From: Cyanidioschyzon merolae
Lineage: Eukaryota
Strand: one strand, 5' to 3'
Assembly: GCA_000091205.1 (NCBI GenBank)
Contig: AP006494.2
DNA length: 64,000 bases
How positions within the stretch are numbered: the stretch's first letter is position 1; every line of letters starts with the position of its first letter. The position numbers and the translations under genes were made by a program. The notes beneath the pieces were generated by a model. The model was not told where the DNA came from. It saw only the letters and a program-made list of their open reading frames with translations, and did not search any database. Shown here piece by piece: positions 1 through 11,721 of the stretch.

Positions 1-67
1 GGAGGTCTTCACCGCGCTTGAGGCTTTCGGGCTAGTTCCGAGCAGGCGTCGTGATGATCAGCCTCAG

Positions 68-2611
68 ATGCGTAGAGGACGCAAAACTAAGAGCGGGTGG
101 ATTTTTACGATCATCTCAGAAGCGCTTCTGGGTTCTAAGGGCGCACCCTTGAAACGAGAAGAGAAACAGCAGCTCGTCGCGCTCGAGAGCAGACTCGTGA
201 GCATGGTTCGCGAACTCTCGGCCTCGCCTCCGCTATCGCAACCAGCGGAAGATATTCGACAGGCATGGTTGATTCTGGATCGCATTCGGAGCCTCGTTTT
301 CTATGCGGATGTGCTGAACGATACGTACGTGGCCAGCTTTATTCTTGCGCTGAAAGGCGTCGTCAGCTCAGCGCTGCTTCTTGGAATGGGCACAGATTTT
401 CTGGAGCAGTCGGCCTCAGAGCATCACGGAATGAATGCAGAACGAGACGCTCCGGGAGGACGTCTGCTTTCGTCGGTTGCGACGCGGGCACGAAACACAC
501 GCAAGCGCCGCAGCCAGCGAAACGATGACCCACGGCGACCGGAGCTTGTCTCGCGTATGAATGATCAGCTCGTTGAAGAGATCTTGGCTTCTGGAGATAC
601 TATCGACAATCATTGGCTAGCTCCATTAGACAGCAAATGGGCCTCGGCTCCGTGGAAGACGCCCTTCATGCAGTTCTATCGGAATCTAACGGAGCTGCGC
701 GTTAAGCAGGGACAGACCTGGGAGGGTCACATTCTGGACCTGACGCTTCACCCCACGAACATATTTGCCCAGAGTTTGCAGCGTTCGCGTGGCCTCAATA
801 ATGCTGCAAGTAGCACCGATCCGAATATGGATGCTGAGAATGCTTCGTTGAACGATCAAGAAATGATTCCTGGGCTGCAGGTCGTACCCAGCGGCGATGC
901 TGTGTCTGAGGCGGAGCTCACGGAACAAAGTACGGCTTCGGAAGCCAGTTGGTACGATCTGGACGGGCGCACGATAGCGGCCATGGTGCGTCAAGACCTG
1001 GATATCTTGCAGAGTCTCTGTGCTTGGTCGCTTCATCGCCTCGCGAGATGTATTGCCTTGAGTCTCATGGGACTTACTGAAGACGAACTCGAGCATTTGT
1101 ACCAGCAACTGACTTTCAATAGCAAACAGTCGGCACAAGGTGAATCCAGCGAGCATACTGCCTTCGACGCAGCTGAGTCGCTGGTCGTTCTCCTGGCCAG
1201 GGAGGCGCCCTCTACCATTTCCCTGCTGGAAAATGGCCTCGTTGCACATCATCCTGTTCCGCGAGCGGTCGTTGCGGATGCGCTGGAACAGAGCCTCCGG
1301 TCGCTGCTCTTCAAGAGCGCGCTCTCCGCTGTGGGCGCTGCTGGAATACCGCAGCACCGCTGGAGCCAATTCTATCCACTGATCGCGAAAAGAATCCGTC
1401 TTCGAGGAGACGGTATACTTGGGCAATACTTCATGCTCTATTACTCGAATCGCGAACAATGTTTCAGACCCGTGGAGTCTGCCGACACGGTGCGTCTCGA
1501 CGATTTAGTCGGGTACGATGAAATCAAGCAAGCATTTATCCAGAATATCAAGTACTTTATCGCCGGTCATTATGCGCACCATACGCTTTTGATTGGTGCT
1601 CACGGCACCGGCAAGTCGGCGCTCGTCAAAGCTGCGGCAGCCGAATTCTATCGAATGGGTCTGCGTCTCGTGCAGTTGGATAGTGGATACTTTGGAGCTG
1701 CCCAGGGCCTGGGAACCCTCCCCATTGTGCGAATTCAGAAGAGCAGAGCCAAGAGCCGCCTAACCGAGCAGGACATTCCGTTCGGGACATTGGGCCTTAT
1801 GCACGACATGCAGGGCATCGCCAAGGAGGCCGTCAATCACCCACATTTGCGCTTTCTGCTATTCATTGACGATGTGCCCTTGGATGAGAGAGATCCTCGG
1901 CTCGTTGCTTTGCGAGGTATCATGAGCGGTGGCCTGCTCACGCTGCCGAAGAATCTGATTATTGTGGCCACATGCAGCTCCAGCGTCTCTGGTCCTGATC
2001 TGTTCGCCCTGAGCGTCACGTCCACAGAGGAGGACTTTATTCAGTCGGGAAAATATCGTTTCCGGCGACGCCTGCGGGTCGTGCCCTATGTGGATCTCTA
2101 CGAATTCTTCTCAGGTCTATCGGATGAAACCATTATTTTTTTGGATCGGTTTGGAATGGTGCTGACCTTCAATTCGCCGAGCAAGTCAAAGTACTTGGAC
2201 TTTGTCCGAAGTGCGTTGGAGCGATACGGGAGCACGGCGCGACGCATTCCCTGGCAAACGCTGCGTCGCCGTGCGCTAGTCTATGCCCGAATGCGTTGTT
2301 CGTTTTCGGCGAGAACTGCTCGTCACTTTATTGCCGCGGTCGAGGACGAGCAGCGGTTTATGCATGCGAGCGCGCCAATGATGCCGTCTGCGGACTCGCT
2401 TGCTACCATGAGAATATCTGATCCAGATAACGATGATGACGATGAAGAAGAGGAAGATGACGACGAAGACGAGGAAGAGGAGGAGGATTTTGAGGATGAA
2501 GCGCTGTACGATGATGACGACGATGATGATGATGACGATGATGATGATGACGACGATGATGATGACGACGATGATGACGATGATGATGATGACGGCAAGC
2601 GCGGTGCCTAA
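68..2611 (+). CDS. AAA+ ATPase of the DUF815/COG2607-like family with a long acidic poly-Asp/Glu C-terminal tail; N-terminal extent uncertain
   Basis: 847-aa ORF with Walker-A P-loop LIGAHGTGKSALVKAAA preceded by LDDLVGYDEIKQAFIQNIKYF, the characteristic DUF815 arrangement. C-terminus is ~45 consecutive Asp encoded by a GAT/GAC repeat. Confidence 0.55.
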   Translation: MRRGRKTKSGWIFTIISEALLGSKGAPLKREEKQQLVALESRLVSMVRELSASPPLSQPAEDIRQAWLILDRIRSLVFYADVLNDTYVASFILALKGVVSSALLLGMGTDFLEQSASEHHGMNAERDAPGGRLLSSVATRARNTRKRRSQRNDDPRRPELVSRMNDQLVEEILASGDTIDNHWLAPLDSKWASAPWKTPFMQFYRNLTELRVKQGQTWEGHILDLTLHPTNIFAQSLQRSRGLNNAASSTDPNMDAENASLNDQEMIPGLQVVPSGDAVSEAELTEQSTASEASWYDLDGRTIAAMVRQDLDILQSLCAWSLHRLARCIALSLMGLTEDELEHLYQQLTFNSKQSAQGESSEHTAFDAAESLVVLLAREAPSTISLLENGLVAHHPVPRAVVADALEQSLRSLLFKSALSAVGAAGIPQHRWSQFYPLIAKRIRLRGDGILGQYFMLYYSNREQCFRPVESADTVRLDDLVGYDEIKQAFIQNIKYFIAGHYAHHTLLIGAHGTGKSALVKAAAAEFYRMGLRLVQLDSGYFGAAQGLGTLPIVRIQKSRAKSRLTEQDIPFGTLGLMHDMQGIAKEAVNHPHLRFLLFIDDVPLDERDPRLVALRGIMSGGLLTLPKNLIIVATCSSSVSGPDLFALSVTSTEEDFIQSGKYRFRRRLRVVPYVDLYEFFSGLSDETIIFLDRFGMVLTFNSPSKSKYLDFVRSALERYGSTARRIPWQTLRRRALVYARMRCSFSARTARHFIAAVEDEQRFMHASAPMMPSADSLATMRISDPDNDDDDEEEEDDDEDEEEEEDFEDEALYDDDDDDDDDDDDDDDDDDDDDDDDDDDDGKRGA
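2425..2600. repeat. Coding (GAT/GAC/GAA/GAG)n trinucleotide microsatellite encoding a poly-Asp/Glu tract
   Basis: Uninterrupted gatgatgac... run in the sequence; antisense frames give poly-Ser/poly-His shadow ORFs (2323..2598, 2403..2618). Confidence 0.9.
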
Positions 2612-5264
2612 CGTGCATGCGTCTTCGTTGGTGGTTCCGCCTTACGAGCAGCTTGCCTCAGTAAGCGCTTACAATCGCCTCGCACTCGAGCGACTGCACG
2701 TTCAACGACAGCTTCTGGTTTCGGACCATCTCGATGATCATCGATGGAGGTCGAATACGGTATCCGTAGCAATCGGAAATCGTTCAACTAAAGGTACAGA
2801 ATCTCTGTGAAGGCAACTCGTTGCGTACGCTGTATGTGCGGCGTGCACTTGTTCACTTATGCTGCGGCGGGGTCAAGCGGCAAACCGCGAATGTAGGTGT
2901 CCATGAGCGCTGTGCGTTTCCCATGCAGCGGCGCATGGTCTGTTCGAAACCTCTCGCCAGTGTCGGCAAGGCGACGCATCCAACGAAGATACCACATCAG
3001 TCGCCTCGAGCGCTCATCCTGACTCGTGGATGGGTTGCATTGCTCCGCTGTGGCGGTGTTACGTGAGGACGACTTTAATGCGCTCGTTTCGAGCCGGAGC
3101 TACCAACGGTATACGTCGTGCGATGGCCGGTTTTCCATCGAGAAGCCGCACGCGTGGCTGGTTCGTGATGCTCATGGAGGCGAAGAGTCGGCTTTGGAAG
3201 CTTTAGGAGTTTTCGATACACCTCTTGCTACGTATCTAAGAGTGCTCTTTTCGTTGCTGCAGGGGAAATGGAGAATGTGTCCGGCGGGAACGGTGCCTAG
3301 CGTCTTACGCCAGCGTTCGAGGTTGGATGGCGAACCGAATAATTGCTGCTTGCGCGATTCATTCATCATGCGAAACGCAATCGAATGAGCAGCATGAGAA
3401 AACCCCCGATTGAAAGTGGTACACTTACACGAGAATTAGAATGGAGCGCGTTGACAGAGCCAGGTCATAAGTGGACGCTCATAATTCAAGTTATTTCGCT
3501 TGTCGTGACCAGTAGACTTTTTGGGGATATGGATGTGACGGCATGCTTTTCCGCTCCTGTATCTCCAGTTTTCACACGCTGATCTCGGATTTCAATCGCG
3601 TTGTCTTGTCATGAGTCGAAGGATGCTGATAGCAGCGTGCAAGTCGCGATTTCGCAGATTCCAGCTGTTGCCGACAAGTTTCATGCCTGACGACCGTTGC
3701 ATCTGTAGATCGTGTTCCATTTTCATCCTGATTGTATACGACCCTGGTGCGCGCTTGCCAGCTGTAAAGCACCTGGTTGTCGTCGGGTGTGCTCGGATGT
3801 CGCGCACATTTCCTCCGTTAAGCGCTGCCCAATGGAGCGTAGACGCGTGCATCATCTTTCGGTACATTCCCTCGAATAGCACAGAAGGCTCTGCTCAATA
3901 TCCCTCTCCGTTTTCCATGCTCCGTAATGTACCATATGATGACGGACTTGTTTCAGGGCGATGCCCACAGCGAGTACGGTGTCCGCTGCATGCAAAATCG
4001 CACGCTGCTCTATTCGAAAGCGGATTCCTGGAACGCGACGCTGTCCATGATGAATGCGGACGGAAAGGAAATATCCAGATTAGAGAAGAGATAAAGATGA
4101 TTGGGTCCCTTCGTGCGAAGCGGTGACGCGCTCACCACTCGACGCGATCGCTGCGATGACTATCATCGAAGCCCACGACGCTCTTGCATGCAAACACAAG
4201 CGACCGCAGCCTCTGGGAGCGCATACCCTTATAAGTACGATGACAGAGTCGAACGCCGTTTCTTCAATAGCCATAAACAGGGTGCGATTTGTTTCTCGAA
4301 CGAAATCAATGATTTGACGTGAGGGTTTCTGTGAACGTTGGGCACGGACCTGCCCACAAGTCATCATCATCGGAGAATGTCGAGTTCTCTCTGGTCCATA
4401 TAGTGATACGACTTTCTGCATCCACGCGTTGCCTTGGAACAGCAACATCGAAACCCTGAAAACCCGTGATTCTAGTATGCTCCACGTAAGGAAATCAATA
4501 GACTGGAGGCTTGCACGTACGCGTTGCATCCTGGCATTGGTTATTGTACGAGCCCTTTCCCGAGCGCGTCGCGAAACACGTCGATTCCGGTAACCTGACG
4601 CACTCCAGCAGCGTAGCGCCGAGTGCGCTATGTCGCAAACACAACCGAGAAACCTATAACGACATACGTATCCATAACCCCTGATTCCTACTTTTCAAAC
4701 GTCGAGAGCGTCCCTCTAGGAAACGCTCGGAAGGAAATCCCACAACGCGGGAACAGTGCACGCATACGCGTACCCAATCTGCGCTCGACGCGGGTGTCTC
4801 GCAATTCGCAGCCCGCAGCGGATCGCGAGATCGAGCGCGCGGGGCGCGGGTGATCAGCGCACGGCCGCCGCCGTTTCGAGCAGAAACACCAGGCGCTGCG
4901 GCTGCGCGATGCAGCAATCCGCGCGGCTGCAGCTGCAGATCCGTGAGCGAATTTGCCGATGAGGCGGCATGCGTCTGGCGCGTGTCCGACGCGTGCACGC
5001 GGAGCGGCACGTGTCAGGCAGCAGCGCCCCGAGGTGTACCGGGTACAACTCGCAGTGGGCGCATGTCGAGCAGCGGAGTTGCGTCACCAGGCGCGTGTCG
5101 ACTGGCGTTGGGTCTTAGGAGGCTCTGCTCGACGCCAGCAGGTGCTCCCCAGGAGTTGATTTACACGCTTCTAGGCTTTAGGGCTGACGTCAGTTGCGGG
5201 TAGGTGTATGGCGCGTGTGTCAAAGTGTGCAGTGTTGACTGTGGCTTGAACGCGTTCAGGCTGC

Positions 5265-7067
5265 GTGACTCTCGGACCCAGTATGTCGGGTGAAACGATC
5301 GAGTGTATGCCGAGTGCAGAGCTTCAACAGTTGCCTGGGTCGGTGACTTGCTCTGATAGTCCAGTCAAGGCTCCCGACAGTGATGATTCGGAGATCGGCC
5401 AGACACCAGCTGATATGGTGCCGAAATCGAAGCCTCTCGCGAAAGCAGACCCTAGCCCGGTGCAGCACAGCTTCCGAGCGCGCTGCAAAGCGTGGCTGAA
5501 AGAGCTCCTTCGTTTTGCTGGTCCAGGATGGCTGATATGTATTGCACTTATTGACCCCGGTAACTACGAGGGTGACATTCAAGCCGGAGCCGGGTACCAA
5601 TACGCGCTCATTTGGATCATCTGGTGGGCGACCATCGCCGAGATCTGCATTCAGGCGCTCACCATTCGACTTGGGCTGTATGCACGCCGCGATCTCGGGC
5701 AAGCGTGCCGGGAAACCTACCCACGCTGGGTTACGATCGCGCTGTGGATCCTGTCGGAGATCGGGATGATGGCCACGGATCTGCTGCAGGTCATCGGCTT
5801 TGGGGTCGCAACAGAGATTTTGTTTGGAATTCCGCTCTATGCAGGTGTCCTGCTCTCGTTTGCGACGACGTTGTTGCTCTTGTCCACACAGTATGTTTCG
5901 TTTCGGCTGCTCGAGATAATTGTCATCGTGTTGGTGTTCATCATGTCGATTACTTTTTTCATTCAGTGGGGCATGGTCGACACCGACGGTGCGGCGCTTT
6001 TGCGCGGATGGGTTGTGCCCAGCATCCCCAGCGGCTCCGCGTTGATCTTACTATCGCAAATCGGTGCATCCGTGAGCCCGCACAATGTTTTCCTGCAGTC
6101 GGCCCTGGTCCAGACTCGGACAGTGGACCGCACCAAAAAGGCGCTCCGATCAGCGACGATGTTCAACATCATCGAAATGACGATTCCGATGATGTTGGCT
6201 TTCGTGGTGAATCTGGCAGTCATAGCGCTCGCTGCTCAAGGCTTCTACAATAGTCCAGCTGTCGACGTGAATCCGAATGACATTACCCTGCGCGACACAT
6301 GCAAACTCATTCACCGAGTATACGCCAACTCAGGCGCTGGATGCATCTTGTTTGGCATCTCATTGCTCGCGTCTGCGCAGAGTGCGACGATCTCTGCCAC
6401 GTACGCGGGTCAGATTGTGATGGAGGGCTTTCTGAATATCAGGCTCCCGTTGTGGTTGAGGAACCTGACAACGCGCACAATCACCATTGTACCCGGTTTG
6501 TTTATCGCAATATTTGCGGGAAACAATGGCTCGGGGCTCGCGCTTCTGATTTCATCATCGATACTGTCGGGGGTGATCCCTTTTCTCATAGTGCCGCTGC
6601 TCAAGTTCACGAACAGTGCTGCCTGCATGGGTCCGTATCGCAACTCGTGGTACGTGCGATGGCCCATGTGGACGCTTACGCTCGCGATTATCGCAGCAAA
6701 CTTATACCTGATCGCGGGTGCTGGTGGTAATCGAACGTTGCGCCAAGCGCTTTCCAGTGGTGGCCCCGGAAGCACCGCGGGTATTGTGTTCACGGTGATT
6801 ATCGGGCTACTGTACGTTGGGTTTCTGGTCTACTTGATGCTCAGGCCCGTTGGCATCGTCGGCGACGCGTACGACATCGACGACGGGGTTATGGGGCTTG
6901 TCGAGTCGGGTTTCGAGACGCACGTTCGCATGGAACCGAAACCTGTACCGAATGAACCGACTCGGCCCGAGCCCGCATTTTTGCCTCCCGATGCGCACAG
7001 TGCAGAGGATGCTCCACTGGGGAAGAATTTTTCGGAGCAATCTTTGAGTGAGGACGCCAGTTCTTGA
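5265..7067 (+). CDS. NRAMP-family divalent metal (Mn2+/Fe2+) transporter
   Basis: 600-aa multi-TM ORF with the Nramp signature DPGNYEGDIQAGAGYQYALIWIIWWATIAE and the conserved MPH-like region (SPHNVFLQSALV). Confidence 0.85.
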   Translation: MTLGPSMSGETIECMPSAELQQLPGSVTCSDSPVKAPDSDDSEIGQTPADMVPKSKPLAKADPSPVQHSFRARCKAWLKELLRFAGPGWLICIALIDPGNYEGDIQAGAGYQYALIWIIWWATIAEICIQALTIRLGLYARRDLGQACRETYPRWVTIALWILSEIGMMATDLLQVIGFGVATEILFGIPLYAGVLLSFATTLLLLSTQYVSFRLLEIIVIVLVFIMSITFFIQWGMVDTDGAALLRGWVVPSIPSGSALILLSQIGASVSPHNVFLQSALVQTRTVDRTKKALRSATMFNIIEMTIPMMLAFVVNLAVIALAAQGFYNSPAVDVNPNDITLRDTCKLIHRVYANSGAGCILFGISLLASAQSATISATYAGQIVMEGFLNIRLPLWLRNLTTRTITIVPGLFIAIFAGNNGSGLALLISSSILSGVIPFLIVPLLKFTNSAACMGPYRNSWYVRWPMWTLTLAIIAANLYLIAGAGGNRTLRQALSSGGPGSTAGIVFTVIIGLLYVGFLVYLMLRPVGIVGDAYDIDDGVMGLVESGFETHVRMEPKPVPNEPTRPEPAFLPPDAHSAEDAPLGKNFSEQSLSEDASS

Positions 7068-8374
7068 CGTGGACCCCTGCTTCAGAGGGTAAGCATTCAT
7101 GGGAGCTTGGTGACGAGTCCAATGCGCGTACCTCCAATGAGTAGGTTGCGATGCAGTGACCGAGTTGCCGCGTATGCTTTTGAAGGGCTGGATAGGACCT
7201 GGTTTAGCTATCGGCGTTTCAGGCCGGCCAGCGTCATCGATGTTCCTTCTTAGACCCCCTCGATACCTTTGAGAGAGACAGTCAGGGCTTTGAAGCGCGC
7301 GCGAAGCGGTGAGCTCTAATGCGAGGTTTCCTGACGATAGCTCTGGGCATTTGTTGATGGAGCATGGAAACGTTTTGCTGAGATGCCAGGGTCGCTTTCC
7401 CGGCGCCTGGTAGCGTTCCTATATCCAGATGCATCTGATAAGATGCATCTGTTCGGCGCCGTGCTTCGCTTTTTTGAATGCGTTTGCGTATACATAGCGC
7501 ACAGTTGGCGGTTTAGTGCTTCATGGCTCGGATTTAGTGTTATAATCAGCTGCTGTGCTGCGAGAGAGGGGCCTGTTGCGCTCTGGAGACTCCATAGGCT
7601 CTGATGGAGCATGCTGTCAGTTTTCCAGTATCCAAACGCAACCGATCGTGTGCATCCGAATCCATTCCGCAGAACGCTGCAGTTTGACTGCCTCCGCTGC
7701 ATACGCTGGAGTGGCCGAAGTTGCCACTCTCTTCCGTTCGGGCACTGTGTGAGACATTCCAAGAGGAGGCTTCACATAGTGTGGGCGCGGTGGCCCCGCG
7801 TGTACACCTCAGGTTTTCCAGATGGAAGAGATGACTCGGACGCATCACGTTCTTGAGATGACCTCCCCTGACCTTGATCCTCTTTGTGAAGCGATTATGG
7901 TGCCGAGAATCGCGGTGAAATCTGCACACTCTACCGCTTTGTGGGATGCTCTTTCAATTCGTCTTAGATAGGATGCTAGGCAACTGCTCTCATCAAGATA
8001 AACAGGGCTCTGGATTTACCCAAGCTGAGCAGATTGTACGTATGCGTCGACACCAACGGCGTGAGACGCACTGCTGACTATTTCTTGGACGGAAAGCGCT
8101 GTTCGACAATGCGCAGCAACCACCAACTGCGCGATGCGCTCAGACGCCTACCCGTTTGCCACGACGCTCTGGAATTGAGACCTGTCGCTTTCAGACGAGG
8201 CAGCGAAGTGTCGTGTTGGATACACGGCACATTCTTTGCCGTGCTTCGTGCGATAGACTTTGGGACCTCAATGCCCGCCATTCGCCTGTCTGGTAGCGTC
8301 CAGGGAGGCTGACTCTCGGACTTTGCCATGATTGCTGGTCTGTGGTGGCATCATTGCGTGTCAGGTTGAGGCCT

Positions 8375-8398
8375 GCTCGCGTCCTCCAGGACGCGAGC
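8375..8398. other. Perfect 10-bp inverted repeat (GCTCGCGTCC-tcca-GGACGCGAGC) hairpin in an ORF-free stretch
   Basis: Read directly from sequence 8375-8398; no coding context. Confidence 0.4.
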
Positions 8399-10681
8399 AT
8401 ATAGAATACCCGTGATCCGGATACTGCGTGGTACAACGGCATCCAATGCTTGAGATTGCCTACCGTGCGGTGCGCATGCTCCGCTGCTGCGTACGGAAAC
8501 GGCAAGCATCACCGTGACCCTGAGGCGCTTTCTCATTCCAGGAATCCTCGATCATCAAGAATATATGAATATCGTGTATGGAGCCGCCGCTTACCAGCAA
8601 ATGGCAACACTGCCTCCGCTCCGTTCGGTGTCGGCAGCTAGGTCAGCGTCCGCAACGTCGGCAAAGCGATCCAGCAACGATACCTGTAGGGCGTCGTTTC
8701 CTCTAGTCGGCAGCGTGTGCAAGCGTTCATAGAAGAGTTGTTTCTCTGTGGCCCCATATAAACAGCAGTGTTCGTGCATCCAGGAAGCCTGTATTCCAGG
8801 CAGCGATCCTAAGTAGGATGAGGCAGCTGGTGTGCGGGCTTCAGGTTTGACGATGTCACGACTCAGCGACGTCCGAGTACTTTGCGACGCTGCCCCTGCT
8901 TGCCCGCGATCGAAGAAAACGCGTTGTGCCAGTGTCAATCTGCGTCAAAACATCAGTCTCTTGACGACACCTGGCGAGGCCGAGCGCTGCCCATCCGAAT
9001 GCAATGCTGTGCAAGGCCTCTTGAAGGTAGCGGGGCAATCGAGGACGCTCGGTAATTCCGTAGCTCTCTGGGGAACGCTCGGATGCGAAATGACTTGCGA
9101 CCCTGGTGACGCTGCAGGGCACAGGCACGAAGCATCGACAGCGCTCGCAGCGATTCATTGCTGGTCACATGAAAATAGAACACGCAAGTGCATGCTCTGT
9201 TCCCGCACTTGGATTTTTTTGAACTTTTTTTCCGATATATAGCCTTGGTATTCAACGTGAATGGACGTATGCTTAGGGATTTATACGTGGTTTTGGGATT
9301 CGCGGGCGGGTTTTCGGAGTGTCTTCTTCGACGCTATGTCGACGCCATTCGATACGTCACCGGAATCTGGATGATTCACGATGACCTCGAACGCGGGTAT
9401 GTTAATCAGTCGATAGTATCATCCAAGTCTAATGCGGAAGCCTTCACTGTTCTCCTTTTCTTACGTATCGCATGCTCAAATCACGCACGCTTCGAGTGTT
9501 CGACGTTTCTGTGCCAACGCAATTTGTGGGCACAGAAGCTCCTGCCACTCAGTTCACTGTGAAAAACAACTCGACGTCGATCCTTGACGTTTTCTCCACC
9601 AGATCACGCCAGTATAGTTCACTGAACTTGTCACGTCAAATCATCGAATTCGTTCGAAAGCCGAATCCTCCTTACATCATGATCATCGACACGATGACAT
9701 TCCACAGCAACATGATACCTGTCACAGGATATGCCCCAAGGAGCCCCCGTTTCTTCTTTTTTTACATGGGAAAAGGTCTTGGACCCGAGCTTGAGTTATC
9801 GCAGCGAGCACTCTCTGTGGAGCGCGCATCACCGCTTTGCACGAAGCGAGCGTAAACGGATCGAAATTCCACGACTTGTGATCCAGACTGCATGTTCCTT
9901 CCGGTGCATTTTTGATCATGAAGACCAACGTATTCCGCGAATCTTTTATCTAGTAGAATAGTGTGCGCATGCAGCGGACTCCGTACTCGCCTAGAGCATC
10001 GTCCAGAACGAAATGCCAGTAATCGTGGAGCACGTCATCGGGCGCGAAAATAAAGGAGAGCGCCCACGCGATCCGTCTGTATCCGGATTTGCGGACACTC
10101 AATGATAGTACAAGCCTTGTTGGGCCACAAGGTGTCACTTTAATGAGGAAAAGTGATGGAAAGAGGCTGAAACCTCACCACAGCCACGTGTGTCATATTG
10201 GGAAATGCGTACTGCGGCTGTGCGCAAAGGACACGATGAAAGTGGCGCTCATTGCGTAGATTTCAACGATCGCCGGTGCATGAAATGTGTATAGAATAGC
10301 CGAAAGGTGGAAGTCGGGACTTGAACCTCGCCATTTATATCCTTGAACAGCTGACAACGAAGCACCTGGGAACGCAATGATCTGCGCACTTAAAACCGGA
10401 GATAAAGCAGATGTAAAGGAAGCAGTCGCAGGAACAGCCCGCAAAGGCTAGTTTTCATGAAACCAGGCGCGCATCCAACCCTAAGCATGTGCGAACAAGT
10501 TAGAGGAACAGCTCCATTTTTTCTGTGATCAGCGGAAACGAACGTTCCCGAGAGCACCCGAGGCACCCGCTCAGCCGACGCGGGACATGCCCGTCGTGCA
10601 GATGCGTACAGTGCCGCCGATCGCGGGCATCGATGCATATGTGCCCCTTTTATCTATTAAATACATAAAAGTATCACTTTT

Positions 10682-11281
10682 GTGTCCACGTACAGGTCGA
10701 CCGCCCCGCACGTGCAGCGATCTGCGATCCGCGCCTGCCGGCTGGCGCCAAAAGGGTACAGCGCTGCGGCTCCGACTGTTTCTGCCGCTCGGGAGCGTCT
10801 GGCGGGCACCTCCAACGCCATGGACGACGCCCAGCGAACCGAATATGCCAGACGCATGCGTCGCTTGTTGAGTCCACCCGAGATCCTCATGCCGGACGGA
10901 GAAATTGATCAGGAATTTTTCCTTCCAGCGCGTTTCCGACCAAGCAAGGAGCGGTACTTTGCGCACGAGGACCGAGAGGCGCTGGCGCAGGCGCTTGTGT
11001 GTCACGGTTTTGGCAACTGGGAGGCGATGCGCGTTGATTCTAGACCCTTTGGACTACGGTTGCGCCAGTGGACTGTTGAGGATCTGGAGAACGCGGCAAA
11101 GCAACTCGTTGGCTGTGCAGACATAGGGCGCTATCTTGGATGGCAACCAGCGAACGCCGCTGCAATCGTCCAGGAACTGGAGCAGAACCGGGCGAACGGC
11201 CTCGCGAGAGGCACTTGGGATTCAGTTCGCCACTGGCTGAACCCCGCACTGGCTGCTTCAAACGCGGAACAGCCGTCCTAA
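10682..11281 (+). CDS. Hypothetical protein, possibly with a SANT/Myb-like helical segment (ALVCHGFGNWEAM); likely true start at ATG 10820
   Basis: 199-aa ORF with protein-like composition; preceded by AT-rich promoter-like sequence around 10640-10680. No confident family assignment. Confidence 0.3.
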   Translation: MSTYRSTAPHVQRSAIRACRLAPKGYSAAAPTVSAARERLAGTSNAMDDAQRTEYARRMRRLLSPPEILMPDGEIDQEFFLPARFRPSKERYFAHEDREALAQALVCHGFGNWEAMRVDSRPFGLRLRQWTVEDLENAAKQLVGCADIGRYLGWQPANAAAIVQELEQNRANGLARGTWDSVRHWLNPALAASNAEQPS

Positions 11282-11721
11282 CGTGACCGGTTGCGAGAAA
11301 CGCAGCTCTAGCACAATCTGGGTACGAGCGTGGACGGCGCACATGCTCCTGTTCTGTGCCAGTGCGTTTTGCTGAGCGGCTCTCGTTGCGAATACCGATT
11401 GATACGAGCTTGTGAGCTTTACGCGCAGCATCCTGATTATCCAGCGTGAAAGCATAGATGCGGTTGCCGGATCACAGAGGCAGTCTGCGGAACGCAGCAA
11501 CTGCGGTCTGCCACGAGCGCAGGCCGAACACCAAACGCGCATTCAATGTTCATCTTGGGCTATGCATGAGTGGCGCGACGTCGCGGTCCCTAGCGAATGC
11601 CGATACGGATTTTGCATTGAATCGTGCAGCAAGTGGTACGGGACAGCCTTCAGAGCGTAAGCAAGCTTGCCACGAAGCGGAGCGATCCACCAGCAACGCC
11701 GCCGCACTAGAACGCCAACCA

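Noticed and set aside
10300-10340. tRNA-like T-loop (GGTTCAAGTCC on minus strand) suggesting a tRNA gene
   Set aside because: Flanking sequence cannot be folded into a T-stem, acceptor stem or cloverleaf by eye, so it was treated as chance. It could be rechecked with tRNAscan.
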